Origin: an uncultured virus (IMG/VR IMGVR_UViG_3300042326_001281)
Taxonomy: Duplodnaviria > Heunggongvirae > Uroviricota > Caudoviricetes
Virus record (IMG/VR): IMGVR_UViG_3300042326_001281
DNA length: 64,000 nt
Reading direction: 5' to 3' (one strand)
This document shows, piece after piece, positions 1 through 9,298 of this stretch. The position numbers were made by a program, and so were the translations under genes. A model generated the notes under the pieces. It was not told the DNA's origin. It saw only the letters and a program-made list of their open reading frames with translations, and made no database searches. Positions within the stretch are counted from its first letter, which is position 1, and every line of letters starts with the position of its first letter.

Positions 1-1
1 T

Positions 2-421
2 CGTATTATCACCCACGGAGATTGGACAGACTCTGGTCCATATCTTGGTGAAAAAAAATATGGTCCATATCGATATCGTAAGAATGACACCTTGCGAGAG
101 TTCTATGATCAAAACTTCTGGCGTAATCAGGCTAAAAAGTATCGTCTTAAGGCTCAAACATGGGATGGAACTATTCCTTCCCGCTCTATTGCTACAAAGG
201 CTGCTACAGAAAAACTAAAGAATAAGGCTTCATGGCGTGTAGCCTGCCGCCTACACGATCTTGGATTCCGTAAGCAAAAGCCCCTCGCTGTAGGCAAGCA
301 ATCATTCCCAACAGCCGCTCTTAAGTCATATCAAGAATCGATTGGAATTAAAGAAGATCGCCGTGACGGTCTGCCTAATAAGACCACCTGGATTAAACTA
401 TTTGGAAAGGATAAACCATAA
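2..421 (+). CDS. Endolysin, C-terminal part (amidase_2-like end plus peptidoglycan-binding domain); 5'-truncated by window
   Basis: Frame is open from base 2 (RIITHGDWT...RKNDT, resembling the amidase_2 IxxH...K-x-D motif) into the listed 92..421 ORF. C-terminal ALKSYQESIGI...DGLPNKTTWIKLF resembles a PG-binding helical domain. Confidence 0.7.
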   Translation, partial: RIITHGDWTDSGPYLGEKKYGPYRYRKNDTLREFYDQNFWRNQAKKYRLKAQTWDGTIPSRSIATKAATEKLKNKASWRVACRLHDLGFRKQKPLAVGKQSFPTAALKSYQESIGIKEDRRDGLPNKTTWIKLFGKDKP

Positions 422-445
422 AGTTTAACTTGGAGACAACTTAAT

Positions 446-802
446 ATGAGCAACTGGTTAATAACAGAAAATATTATTGGAGCCGCCGCCCTAATAACAG
501 CAACAACTGTTTTAATAATTGCACTTATCAGAACAAGTAAATTTATTAAAAGAGTCGTCCACTTCTTTGATGATTATTTTGGTGAAGACGAAAGGCCAGG
601 AATAGATGCAAGACCTGGATTTTCCGAAAGAATGTCTAGCATTGAAAAAAGTTTAAAAAAGGGCGAGGAAAGATTCTCTACAATAGAGTATAAATTAGAT
701 AAGATTGACTATGAACTACGTCCCAATTCTGGAATGTCTCTAAGAGATGCAGTCAATAGAATTGAAGGAAGACTTAATGCTTTAGAGTCTAAGGAGGGGT
801 AA
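446..802 (+). CDS. Holin-like single-TM membrane protein
   Basis: N-terminal hydrophobic helix followed by a coiled coil with an LRPNSGMSLRDAV motif; directly after the lysin; GGAG SD. Confidence 0.5.
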   Translation: MSNWLITENIIGAAALITATTVLIIALIRTSKFIKRVVHFFDDYFGEDERPGIDARPGFSERMSSIEKSLKKGEERFSTIEYKLDKIDYELRPNSGMSLRDAVNRIEGRLNALESKEG

Positions 803-1236
803 TGCCTGATCTTAATGAAATTAAAATAGTTGAGTATAATGATGTAGACTCGCTATCTCTTAGCATTCCAGACGACGTAACTAATATCTCTATTAGTTAC
901 GATCAAACTATTGATAATATAGAAGTTGAATATGTAAATGATATTACTGACATTATTATTTCAGTTGGTGAAGGCGTTCAAAGCGTTTACTCTGTAAATA
1001 ATTTTGTTGGTGCAGTTAACCTAACCTACAGCGAGATTCTTTCTTCAGTATCCGCCTCATTGGGGATTTACTCCTACACAATTAATCATAATCTATCTAG
1101 TAATAATGCAATAGCATCAGTTTATAATGAGTCAAACAATCAAGTTATAGCAGATTGCTCAATTTTAGGGTATAATAGCATAAAGATAAATTCTTTAAAA
1201 AATCTTAATGGATATAAGGTGGTAGTACAAGTATGA
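802..1236 (+). CDS. Hypothetical virion-associated protein
   Basis: Acidic beta-rich N-terminus; VYSVNNFVGAVNL fibre-like motif; TINHNL C-terminal domain seen in phage structural proteins. Confidence 0.45.
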   Translation: MPDLNEIKIVEYNDVDSLSLSIPDDVTNISISYDQTIDNIEVEYVNDITDIIISVGEGVQSVYSVNNFVGAVNLTYSEILSSVSASLGIYSYTINHNLSSNNAIASVYNESNNQVIADCSILGYNSIKINSLKNLNGYKVVVQV

Positions 1237-1574
1237 CAATGCCAGCATACAACTCCTTTGAATTATATAAAGGTGATACCCTTAGATTTTCTCTTACTTT
1301 ACAGACTAGTGGAAGCGCCTATTCAATACCTCCTGGAACTACATTCTCAGGAGCAGTTAAACAAAAAAACTCTATCACTTCTACATCTAACTTTGACACA
1401 AATGTAGTAACTGCTTCAATTGGTAAGGTTTTATTTACCTTAGACTCTACTAATTCATCGTTATTATCTTCTAATAAAAGTTGGGTATACGATGTTCAAA
1501 TGACTAGTGCTGCTAGTGTAGTTACAACATTAATGACAGGCAATATCTTCGTTACTGATGAAGTAACCCTTTAA
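1233..1574 (+). CDS. BppU N-terminal-like Ig-fold structural protein
   Basis: LYKGDT...GKVLFTL...WVYDVQM...TLMTGNIFV..EVT pattern. Confidence 0.5.
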   Translation: MTMPAYNSFELYKGDTLRFSLTLQTSGSAYSIPPGTTFSGAVKQKNSITSTSNFDTNVVTASIGKVLFTLDSTNSSLLSSNKSWVYDVQMTSAASVVTTLMTGNIFVTDEVTL

Positions 1575-1764
1575 TATATTTTTCTTTGTTATCTCCAAGG
1601 TACACCTTTGAATTACAAAATATGCACCATAGACATACCACTTCATCCTCATCTATCCAGGGAAATATTTCGTCATGATTAACATCAGATGGACAGACTA
1701 ATTTTGGAAGTATACCTTTGTCCGATAAATTTTTATAGGCATGGAGTTCTTGAATTGTAATCAT
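1552..1764 (-). CDS. Small putative Zn-binding hypothetical protein (start revised to ATG 1764)
   Basis: C-P-x4-H and CIFC motifs; extended -10 TGCTATGAT lies 6 nt upstream of ATG 1764. Confidence 0.55.
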   Translation of the reverse strand: MITIQELHAYKNLSDKGILPKLVCPSDVNHDEIFPWIDEDEVVCLWCIFCNSKVYLGDNKEKYIKGLLHQ

Positions 1765-1770
1765 GTCGAT

Positions 1771-1779
1771 ATCATAGCA
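1771..1779 (-). promoter_or_regulatory. Extended -10 promoter (leaderless transcript)
   Basis: Minus strand reads TGCTATGAT-atcgac-ATG. Confidence 0.55.
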
Positions 1780-1815
1780 CAGCAAAAAATCATAGCGTTT
1801 AAAAAATATAAGTAG

Positions 1816-1852
1816 TAGAATTATAAAGGTCGCCATACTAGAGATGGCGACC
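1816..1852 (+). promoter_or_regulatory. -10 element and 5' stem-loop of the RNR transcript
   Basis: TAGAAT at 1816-1821; perfect 9-bp stem GGTCGCCAT (1828-1836) / ATGGCGACC (1844-1852). Confidence 0.5.
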
Positions 1853-1878
1853 CATTTTATATTTAAACAGGAGTTAAT

Positions 1879-3813
1879 ATGTCAGTTTCTCTACCTACCG
1901 CCTATCAACAGGTAATTCATAAAACAAGATACGCAAGATGGATTGATGAAGAAAACCGTAGAGAGGACTGGCATGAAACGGTAGATCGTTTCATTAAATA
2001 TATTGTCGAGTGTTTAGAAAAATATAATAATTACTCTGTAGACGATAATCTTAAAGAAAAGATCAAAAAGTTTATTTTAGAAACAAGTGTTATGCCTTCT
2101 ATGCGAGCATTAATGACTGCTGGCCCCGCTTTAGAAAGAGATAGCACTTGTTTATATAACTGCTCGTACCTACCAGTTGACTCACTCCGCTCATTTGATG
2201 AGGCGATGTATATTCTCATGTGTGGAACAGGTGTTGGTTACTCAGTAGAGTCAAAGTATGTTAATCAACTTCCTGTAATTAATGAACACTTTGAGAACTC
2301 ATCAACATCTATCGTTGTAGATGATTCTAAGGCTGGATGGGCAAAGGCTTTAAGGGAACTTATCGCTCTTCTTTATCAAGGCCAAGTTCCTTCTTGGGAT
2401 ATGTCAAATGTTCGTCCTGCTGGAGCAAGGCTGAAAACATTTGGCGGTAGGGCCTCTGGCCCAGAGCCATTAGATAGATTGTTTAAATTTACTGTAGAAA
2501 CAGTCAAGGCTGCTTCTGGAAGAAAGTTAACCCCGCTTGAAGCGCATGACATTATGTGCAAGATTGCGGAAGTTGTTGTTGTTGGTGGAGTTCGTAGATC
2601 CGCAATGATTTCCCTGTCCGATCTTGAAGATCGTAATATGGCATCAGCAAAGGCTGGGTCATGGTGGGAGTACAATGGACAACGCGCTCTTGCTAATAAT
2701 TCTGCCGTTTATGAATCAAAGCCCAGTATGGAAGTTTTTATGGCAGAGTGGAAGTCCTTATATGATTCTAAGAGTGGAGAAAGAGGCATCTTTTCTAGAG
2801 ATGCTGCTCGTAAGGTAGCAGCAGTAAATGGTCGCAGAGATGCAACAGCAGAATTTGGCACCAATCCATGCAGCGAAATTATTCTAAGGCCATTTGAGTT
2901 CTGTAATCTTACAGAAATTGTTGTAAGAGAAAATGACACCCTAGAAGACCTTTTAGAAAAAGTTGAGGTGGCGACTATTCTTGGAACCTTCCAGTCTACA
3001 TTCACAAGATTTAAATATCTACGCAAGCAGTGGCAAAAAAATTGTGAAGAGGAAAGATTGCTTGGAGTATCACTAACTGGTCAACTTGGTCACAAAGTTC
3101 TTAATGGTAGCAAGGGTGAGGCAAAACTTATTGATTGGCTTAATTGCATGAGAGAAAAGGCGGTTGAAGTAAATGCAGAATGGGCAAAGACATTAGATAT
3201 TAATCCCGCTGCCGCCATTACCTGTGTGAAGCCTTCTGGAACGGTGTCTCAGTTGGTTGGCTGCTCATCAGGAATGCATCCTTGGCACAATGAATTCTAC
3301 GCCCGTACTATCCGTGGAGATAATAAAGACCCCATTACCACTATGCTAAAAGATTTTGGAATTATCTCTGAGCCAGATGTAATGAAACCTTCAGAGACAA
3401 CAGTGTTTACATTTCCTATTAAGGCTCCAAAAGGTTCTCTTACTAGAAAAGATCTTACTGCTATAGAACACTTAGAACTTTGGCTAACCTATCAACGTCA
3501 TTGGTCAGAGCATAAACCATCAATCACCATATCTGTAAAAGAAAATGAATGGATGGCGGTTGGGGCTTGGGTTTATGATCATATGGATGAATTATCTGGG
3601 GTATCATTCCTTCCATATTCAGACCATACATATCAGCAGGCCCCCTATCAGGACATAACCGAATCGGAGTATAATGAATTATTAGAAAAAACTCCGAATA
3701 GTATTGACTGGACTTGGCTAACTTACTATGAATCATCAGATGGAACTACAGGAAGCCAAGACCTCGCTTGTGTCGCTGGTTATTGTGAGGTAGTCGATAT
3801 TAAATCGGCATAA
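1879..3813 (+). CDS. nrdJ: Class II (adenosylcobalamin-dependent) ribonucleotide reductase
   Basis: MPSMRALM, YNC, VVVGGVRRSA, GTNPCSEI, TCVKPSGTVSQL and C-terminal ACVAGYC motifs; no beta-subunit gene in window; AGGAG SD. Confidence 0.9.
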   Translation: MSVSLPTAYQQVIHKTRYARWIDEENRREDWHETVDRFIKYIVECLEKYNNYSVDDNLKEKIKKFILETSVMPSMRALMTAGPALERDSTCLYNCSYLPVDSLRSFDEAMYILMCGTGVGYSVESKYVNQLPVINEHFENSSTSIVVDDSKAGWAKALRELIALLYQGQVPSWDMSNVRPAGARLKTFGGRASGPEPLDRLFKFTVETVKAASGRKLTPLEAHDIMCKIAEVVVVGGVRRSAMISLSDLEDRNMASAKAGSWWEYNGQRALANNSAVYESKPSMEVFMAEWKSLYDSKSGERGIFSRDAARKVAAVNGRRDATAEFGTNPCSEIILRPFEFCNLTEIVVRENDTLEDLLEKVEVATILGTFQSTFTRFKYLRKQWQKNCEEERLLGVSLTGQLGHKVLNGSKGEAKLIDWLNCMREKAVEVNAEWAKTLDINPAAAITCVKPSGTVSQLVGCSSGMHPWHNEFYARTIRGDNKDPITTMLKDFGIISEPDVMKPSETTVFTFPIKAPKGSLTRKDLTAIEHLELWLTYQRHWSEHKPSITISVKENEWMAVGAWVYDHMDELSGVSFLPYSDHTYQQAPYQDITESEYNELLEKTPNSIDWTWLTYYESSDGTTGSQDLACVAGYCEVVDIKSA

Positions 3814-3823
3814 TGGAGGATAG

Positions 3824-6800
3824 GTGTCTTACAGCAAACTAATTTTGCAAGACTCTGCCAATATCGTATGGCCTTTAGATGATATTAGCCAAAGTTCTTC
3901 TATCTCTCAGTCCATTAATTTTTTGTCTAGTAATCCATTTGCGTATAGTGCATCAATTAATACTTCCAGCACAGACATTATTGAAGTACCAATTTTATTC
4001 GGCGGAGGTAAAGCATTAAACTTTACGTCTTCTGATATTGGTCTTTCTGTACCAGCATTAGATAGATTTTCAGAACTATATAAAAATAAAAATTCTTGTA
4101 TTTCATTTTGGATTCAAGTAGATCAACTAACTACTACAGAAAGACTTATATTTAAAAAAAGGGGAACTGATAACGTTTCTCTTTTAATTAAAGACAATTA
4201 TTTAATATTTAGATATGGTAAAAATAATGACTATATGGAGGCATCTGGATATTTAAATAATCCAGAGGAGCCAAATCATATTGTTCTAGCAAAAACACCA
4301 GAGTCTATTTTTATAATTATTAATGGAAATACATTTAGCCCAAGAGAGTCTAATAATATTTCTTTGGATAAAGATAATTCGCATAATGACAACAATTACT
4401 TAGATTTTTATGGACCATCTATTGGATCATGGGTTATAGATTCTATTGCAATATACTCAAATATTTTAAATGAATCAAGTGCTAAAAGACATTATGTGTA
4501 TGGGCTAGGAAAAAACTTTGGTGACGATATTTTTTATTCAAGAGGCGGAAGCATATACAATCTATCCACCATAGATACTGAAAAACTTTTTAGGGCAAAC
4601 TGGAGATATCCGCAAGAGTGGTACTCTGCAACAATAAATAATTTAAATAATAGTGTAACTGGAATACAACCAGTTAATTTTTCTGAGCCAGACTTTTATA
4701 CATATGAGTCTAATATTCAAACAGCATCTAATAGAATATCATTTAGAACTACCAGCGGTTCAGTTTCTGCTGGTTCATATATAGACATAACATCTTTATT
4801 TAGAAAAATTGGAACTGGAGAAAATCCGTTTTTTGTAAAAGTAAAACTAGATGGACCGCTTCCTAATAATTTTGTAAAACAAAGAATTATGTCTATTGGT
4901 GAAAAGCCAGATAATGAAATTATTAAATTTAATCTGTATAATAATTCTGGTTCCTACCAGTTGATGGTTGAGACTATTGATTCGTCATCCGTTACCTTTA
5001 ATATAGAAAATATTCAAAGTAAGCCAAGTATATATTTAGGTATGCAATTTATTGGAGATTCAATATTTTATTTCTCACAAGAAGGATCTTCATTAATATC
5101 AGAATCATTAAATTATTCTGATGTAGACGGATACGGGATTGACCCACTAACCCCATACTTTCCATTATCATCAAATAAACTTATTCGTATAGGAAGTTCT
5201 ATCTCCTATGATAGAAATAACTTCTCTGTTGATTTGCCCTCCGTAGAACAGTTTGGCGGGTCTTTTGAAAGTTTACTTGTTCACGATAAAGAGTTTACAT
5301 CATCTGTATCGCACGCATATTTAGATAATTATAGAAATTCATCGTACAAACTCACCTTTGATAGTAATTTAAATAGATTTAAAGCATTTAGTTATGGAGA
5401 TGTTACATTTAATATTCATGCAATTAATATAAGTGAATTCATAACCGATACTGAACAAAAAATAGGTGCAAATATTATTAGTGTGGGGTATCCAGATATT
5501 ATTTCATCGTCACAAGTTTTAGTGTATGTTACTCATCTAGACTATAGTGCTTCAGTAATATATCCAAAAACAAGAATTTATCAAAATAATTATCTTCCAT
5601 TTATTAATAATAAAAATATTTCAGGGACATATTTAAAGTTTGATATAGAGGTATATAGTGAAGACAGCAACTACTACCCGCCAATAATAACAAATTTTGT
5701 CATGGAAACGTATAAAGCAAATGATAACAAGGTAGTCATTAGAAGCGATAGCGCTAACTCATACACTTTACATCAAAGCGCTTCATCTATATATCTTCCA
5801 GACATTAAGAGGACTCCTAATATTTTTATAACAAAATTCTCTGGACTAAAACTTTTTAATTCCGTTGCGGATTTTACGGATACATTTTCTGGAAAACCTC
5901 TAGACCCAACAACCATACCATCACTAAAACTTTGGCTAGATTCAAGATTTATTAATGGACTTGGAAAAACTCAGCCAATAGACGACTCTAGAGTTTCATA
6001 CTGGAAAGATCTATCTTTTAATAATAATGATGCATATCAATTAACAGCATCCGTATCTCCTATTTTTAGAATACAGTCACAGAATCTTTTTACTAATAAT
6101 CAGGCCAATGGAACAGAGTCTGGAGAAACAAATGGAATCGTAAGTATTAACTCAATAGCACAGTCCTCTAGTGACGGAGTTATATCTGGTCGTAAGAGTA
6201 TCAAAATTATTCCTAATGAAAGTTCAATAGATTCATATATTAATATGAACCATAACACTGCATCTATATCTGTATCACCAAATCAAAGTTATTCTGTTTT
6301 GGGAACAGTAACTGTCCCTAGAGTTCAATCTGCCTCCGCTTTACATAATATTTCCAGAGGTATTGCGGTATATACGTTTGATGGCAACTCTTTGTCATTT
6401 ACAGCATCGTCACAAGCAAATAATATCCCAGGTGAGTATAACTTAAAAACTACTTTTACAACATCATCAGCAACTAAGTATGCTGAAATAAGATTTTATA
6501 ATGGATCTTATAAAACCTCAGATATTATTTATTGGGATAATTTAGGTCTATATTCCTACACCTCTAGCGCTATAACATCTTCTTGGTCAATACCTGGGGT
6601 TTCATTAAATGATATGCCAGTTATTAAATTTAATGGTAATGAAAGATTATTGTCTACAGCATCATCTAATCAACCATATACATTATATTTAGTTGCAAGG
6701 TCTTTTAATGAAGGTAATTTAATTGGATATACTGCATCTGGTTTATCTCTGTACTCTGCATCTGGATATTTTTATACAAAATCAGTTCTTCCGCTGCTGA

Positions 6801-7060
6801 CCGCCTCATATAATAACTTATTTAATATTTATTCAATATCTGTAACTTCAGGTTCAGCAGATATTTATATAAATAATAACCTAGTTGCTAGTAATACGAT
6901 AGGTCAAAGCAAACTGTCTAATATTATTATTGGATCTGGAAAGGAGGGAAGTTTCAGCGGAGATATATGTGCTGTCCTACTCTATTCAGAGCAGCATAAT
7001 TCTTCAGTAAGAACTTTAGTGAACGAGTGGCTTGAAGAGTCATTTAATATATCATATTAG
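3824..7060 (+). CDS. Large virion protein with LamG/concanavalin-like and carbohydrate-binding-like modules
   Basis: MSY..LILQD..WPLDD N-terminus, ISFWI, LKLWLDS...WKDLS module, YWDNLGL CBM-like module, FSGDICAVLLY ending. Confidence 0.6.
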   Translation: MSYSKLILQDSANIVWPLDDISQSSSISQSINFLSSNPFAYSASINTSSTDIIEVPILFGGGKALNFTSSDIGLSVPALDRFSELYKNKNSCISFWIQVDQLTTTERLIFKKRGTDNVSLLIKDNYLIFRYGKNNDYMEASGYLNNPEEPNHIVLAKTPESIFIIINGNTFSPRESNNISLDKDNSHNDNNYLDFYGPSIGSWVIDSIAIYSNILNESSAKRHYVYGLGKNFGDDIFYSRGGSIYNLSTIDTEKLFRANWRYPQEWYSATINNLNNSVTGIQPVNFSEPDFYTYESNIQTASNRISFRTTSGSVSAGSYIDITSLFRKIGTGENPFFVKVKLDGPLPNNFVKQRIMSIGEKPDNEIIKFNLYNNSGSYQLMVETIDSSSVTFNIENIQSKPSIYLGMQFIGDSIFYFSQEGSSLISESLNYSDVDGYGIDPLTPYFPLSSNKLIRIGSSISYDRNNFSVDLPSVEQFGGSFESLLVHDKEFTSSVSHAYLDNYRNSSYKLTFDSNLNRFKAFSYGDVTFNIHAINISEFITDTEQKIGANIISVGYPDIISSSQVLVYVTHLDYSASVIYPKTRIYQNNYLPFINNKNISGTYLKFDIEVYSEDSNYYPPIITNFVMETYKANDNKVVIRSDSANSYTLHQSASSIYLPDIKRTPNIFITKFSGLKLFNSVADFTDTFSGKPLDPTTIPSLKLWLDSRFINGLGKTQPIDDSRVSYWKDLSFNNNDAYQLTASVSPIFRIQSQNLFTNNQANGTESGETNGIVSINSIAQSSSDGVISGRKSIKIIPNESSIDSYINMNHNTASISVSPNQSYSVLGTVTVPRVQSASALHNISRGIAVYTFDGNSLSFTASSQANNIPGEYNLKTTFTTSSATKYAEIRFYNGSYKTSDIIYWDNLGLYSYTSSAITSSWSIPGVSLNDMPVIKFNGNERLLSTASSNQPYTLYLVARSFNEGNLIGYTASGLSLYSASGYFYTKSVLPLLTASYNNLFNIYSISVTSGSADIYINNNLVASNTIGQSKLSNIIIGSGKEGSFSGDICAVLLYSEQHNSSVRTLVNEWLEESFNISY

Positions 7061-7092
7061 AGTTTTTACCCCCGCTGAGTTATAATTAAATT

Positions 7093-7569
7093 ATGGCTAT
7101 CCCTCCTATTAGAAACCACGGTGAATCAGGACATTTACAGGATCATAATGATTTAAGAAATACTCTATCTACTCATGACTCTTATCTAGATCAACCAGTT
7201 ACAACTAGTAGTTCTCCTACTTTTCAGTCAGTATCATACACACATGCTCAGAGTAAATCTTCAACTATTAATTTAACTACTAATTTAATTACCACCGTAG
7301 ATTCATTTCCAGTATCTACTTTTAGAAGTGCAGAGTACAATATACAGTTAAATCAAGAATCTAAGTTTACTACTGTAAAAGCAGTAGTTGTACACAATAA
7401 CTCAGACTCTGGCATATGTGAATATGGAAAGATAGAACTGGGAGGCAGCATATCATATACGCTTTCATCAGATGTTATCGACTCAAACTGTACTTTAAGA
7501 TTGATAGGGCCAGACGCAGATGTAAACAATATCATTGTCAAGATATATAAAACAATGATAAGCATATAA
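7093..7569 (+). CDS. Small fibre/decoration protein
   Basis: GHLQDHN N-terminus; C-terminal VDSF...FRSAEYxIQ domain is also present at the end of 7609..9273. Confidence 0.5.
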   Translation: MAIPPIRNHGESGHLQDHNDLRNTLSTHDSYLDQPVTTSSSPTFQSVSYTHAQSKSSTINLTTNLITTVDSFPVSTFRSAEYNIQLNQESKFTTVKAVVVHNNSDSGICEYGKIELGGSISYTLSSDVIDSNCTLRLIGPDADVNNIIVKIYKTMISI

Positions 7570-7608
7570 TGATATAATTTTATCAAATCCAATTTATGTG
7601 AGGTTCGT

Positions 7609-9273
7609 ATGGCTACTGTAAATAAAGACTTTGTTGTTAAGAATGGTGTGGTGGCTGGTGCAAACGTTCAAGGCGTACAAATCGTATCAACGACCTCATC
7701 TCTGCCACCATTTACCGTTACATCATCTGCTAATGTAGCGAATTTGAGTGCTGATCTACTTGATGGACTACACTCTGGATACTTTGTTGACTGGAACAAT
7801 ACTACCAATAAGCCAAGCCCCGTCCTTACTTTTGAAGGCGACGTAACTGGAACATTAACCCTTAGTAACCTTACAAATGCTTCAGTATCTCTTACCATTG
7901 CTGCAAATTCTATTGCTCTTGGAACAGATACAACTGGTAATTATCTAGCAGCACTTTCAGCAGGGACTGGTGTAAGCATTAGTTCTTCCGCTGGTGAAGG
8001 TGCTACTCCTACCGTTTCAATTGGTCAGGATGTAGCCACATCAGCCAATGTTTCTTTTAATACTATTACTTCAACAGCACTTACTGGAGCCCCGTTTGTA
8101 GTTTCATCTTCAGTACAAGTAAATAACTTTAACTCACAGTATTTAGGTGGATATACTGTTGATCAACTTCTTTCAATGGGCGGCGTGCAATCTGTAATTG
8201 GAACAGTGGATGAAATTGAAGTTTCTGCATCTGTTGGCAATATTCAGGTGGGACTTCCAGATAGTGTAAGCATTTCTGGAGACCTAACAATTGGTCGAAA
8301 CCTATATGTAAGTGGATCTACTGTTGTTATTAATAGCACTATCGTAGAGATTGATGATCCAATATTTACTTTAGGCGGAGCATCCTTAATAGATGATTCA
8401 AAAGATCGCGGCATCGAATTTAGATGGAATGATAGTCCAAACACTAAGATTGGATTCTTCGGCTTTGACGATTCTACTGGCAAGTTTACCTTTATCCCAG
8501 ATGCAACAAATACTGATGAAGTATTTAGTGGTACAAAGGGAGAAATCGATGCAAGTCTAGATTGGTCTAATGTTTTAAATAAGCCAGACCCCTCACTAAC
8601 ACTACTTGGTGATGTAAGTGGTAACGCTACATTTACAGATCTTGGCTCTGCCTCACTTACTGTCACAGTAGAAAAAGACTTTAACCTAGTATTCACTGGT
8701 GATGTAACTGGTACAGGAACGGTATCCAATCTTAATAGTGCAAGTATCGCTCTTACAATTGCCGCTAATTCAATTACACTCGGAACAGATACTTCTGGAA
8801 ACTATGTAGATGGAATATATGGCACTCCAGATCAGATTTTTGTTGCTGGGTCTGGAACAGAAACTGCATCTGTCGTATTAAGTCTTCCACAGAGCATTGC
8901 TACAACCTCAACACCTACATTTGCTGGTGTAAATCTAAATCAAGGTGGAATAACAAGTAGTTCTGTTACTGTTACTGTAAATAGTACCGATACCACGATT
9001 GATTCTTTTGCAGTAACCTCCTTTACTACTGCTGAATATGTAATTCAAGCAAAGCAAGGAACTAAAATGACATCCACTAAAGTTCTTGTTATGTGGGATG
9101 GAACAAATGTATATATTTCAGAATACGCAATTGTTGATAGTTCCGCTGGAGCAGCAAACATTACACTTAGTGCTAGTGAGTCTAGTGGAACGGTATCGCT
9201 TACTGCATCATCTCCAGACGCTGCATCTACTAACGTTGTAATTAGGGCTATTAGAACTGCATTAGACGTATAA
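7609..9273 (+). CDS. Fibre protein
   Basis: G/S/T-rich; repeated FxGDVTG and LGTDTxGNY motifs; IDDPIFTLG/DRGIEF fibre segment. Confidence 0.65.
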   Translation: MATVNKDFVVKNGVVAGANVQGVQIVSTTSSLPPFTVTSSANVANLSADLLDGLHSGYFVDWNNTTNKPSPVLTFEGDVTGTLTLSNLTNASVSLTIAANSIALGTDTTGNYLAALSAGTGVSISSSAGEGATPTVSIGQDVATSANVSFNTITSTALTGAPFVVSSSVQVNNFNSQYLGGYTVDQLLSMGGVQSVIGTVDEIEVSASVGNIQVGLPDSVSISGDLTIGRNLYVSGSTVVINSTIVEIDDPIFTLGGASLIDDSKDRGIEFRWNDSPNTKIGFFGFDDSTGKFTFIPDATNTDEVFSGTKGEIDASLDWSNVLNKPDPSLTLLGDVSGNATFTDLGSASLTVTVEKDFNLVFTGDVTGTGTVSNLNSASIALTIAANSITLGTDTSGNYVDGIYGTPDQIFVAGSGTETASVVLSLPQSIATTSTPTFAGVNLNQGGITSSSVTVTVNSTDTTIDSFAVTSFTTAEYVIQAKQGTKMTSTKVLVMWDGTNVYISEYAIVDSSAGAANITLSASESSGTVSLTASSPDAASTNVVIRAIRTALDV

Positions 9274-9298
9274 AATTTTAATGAGGGGATAGGGAACC

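Noticed and set aside
1796..1822. NrdR box or cobalamin riboswitch upstream of nrdJ
   Set aside because: The AT-rich stretch matches the NrdR palindrome poorly and the leader is too short for a cobalamin riboswitch.
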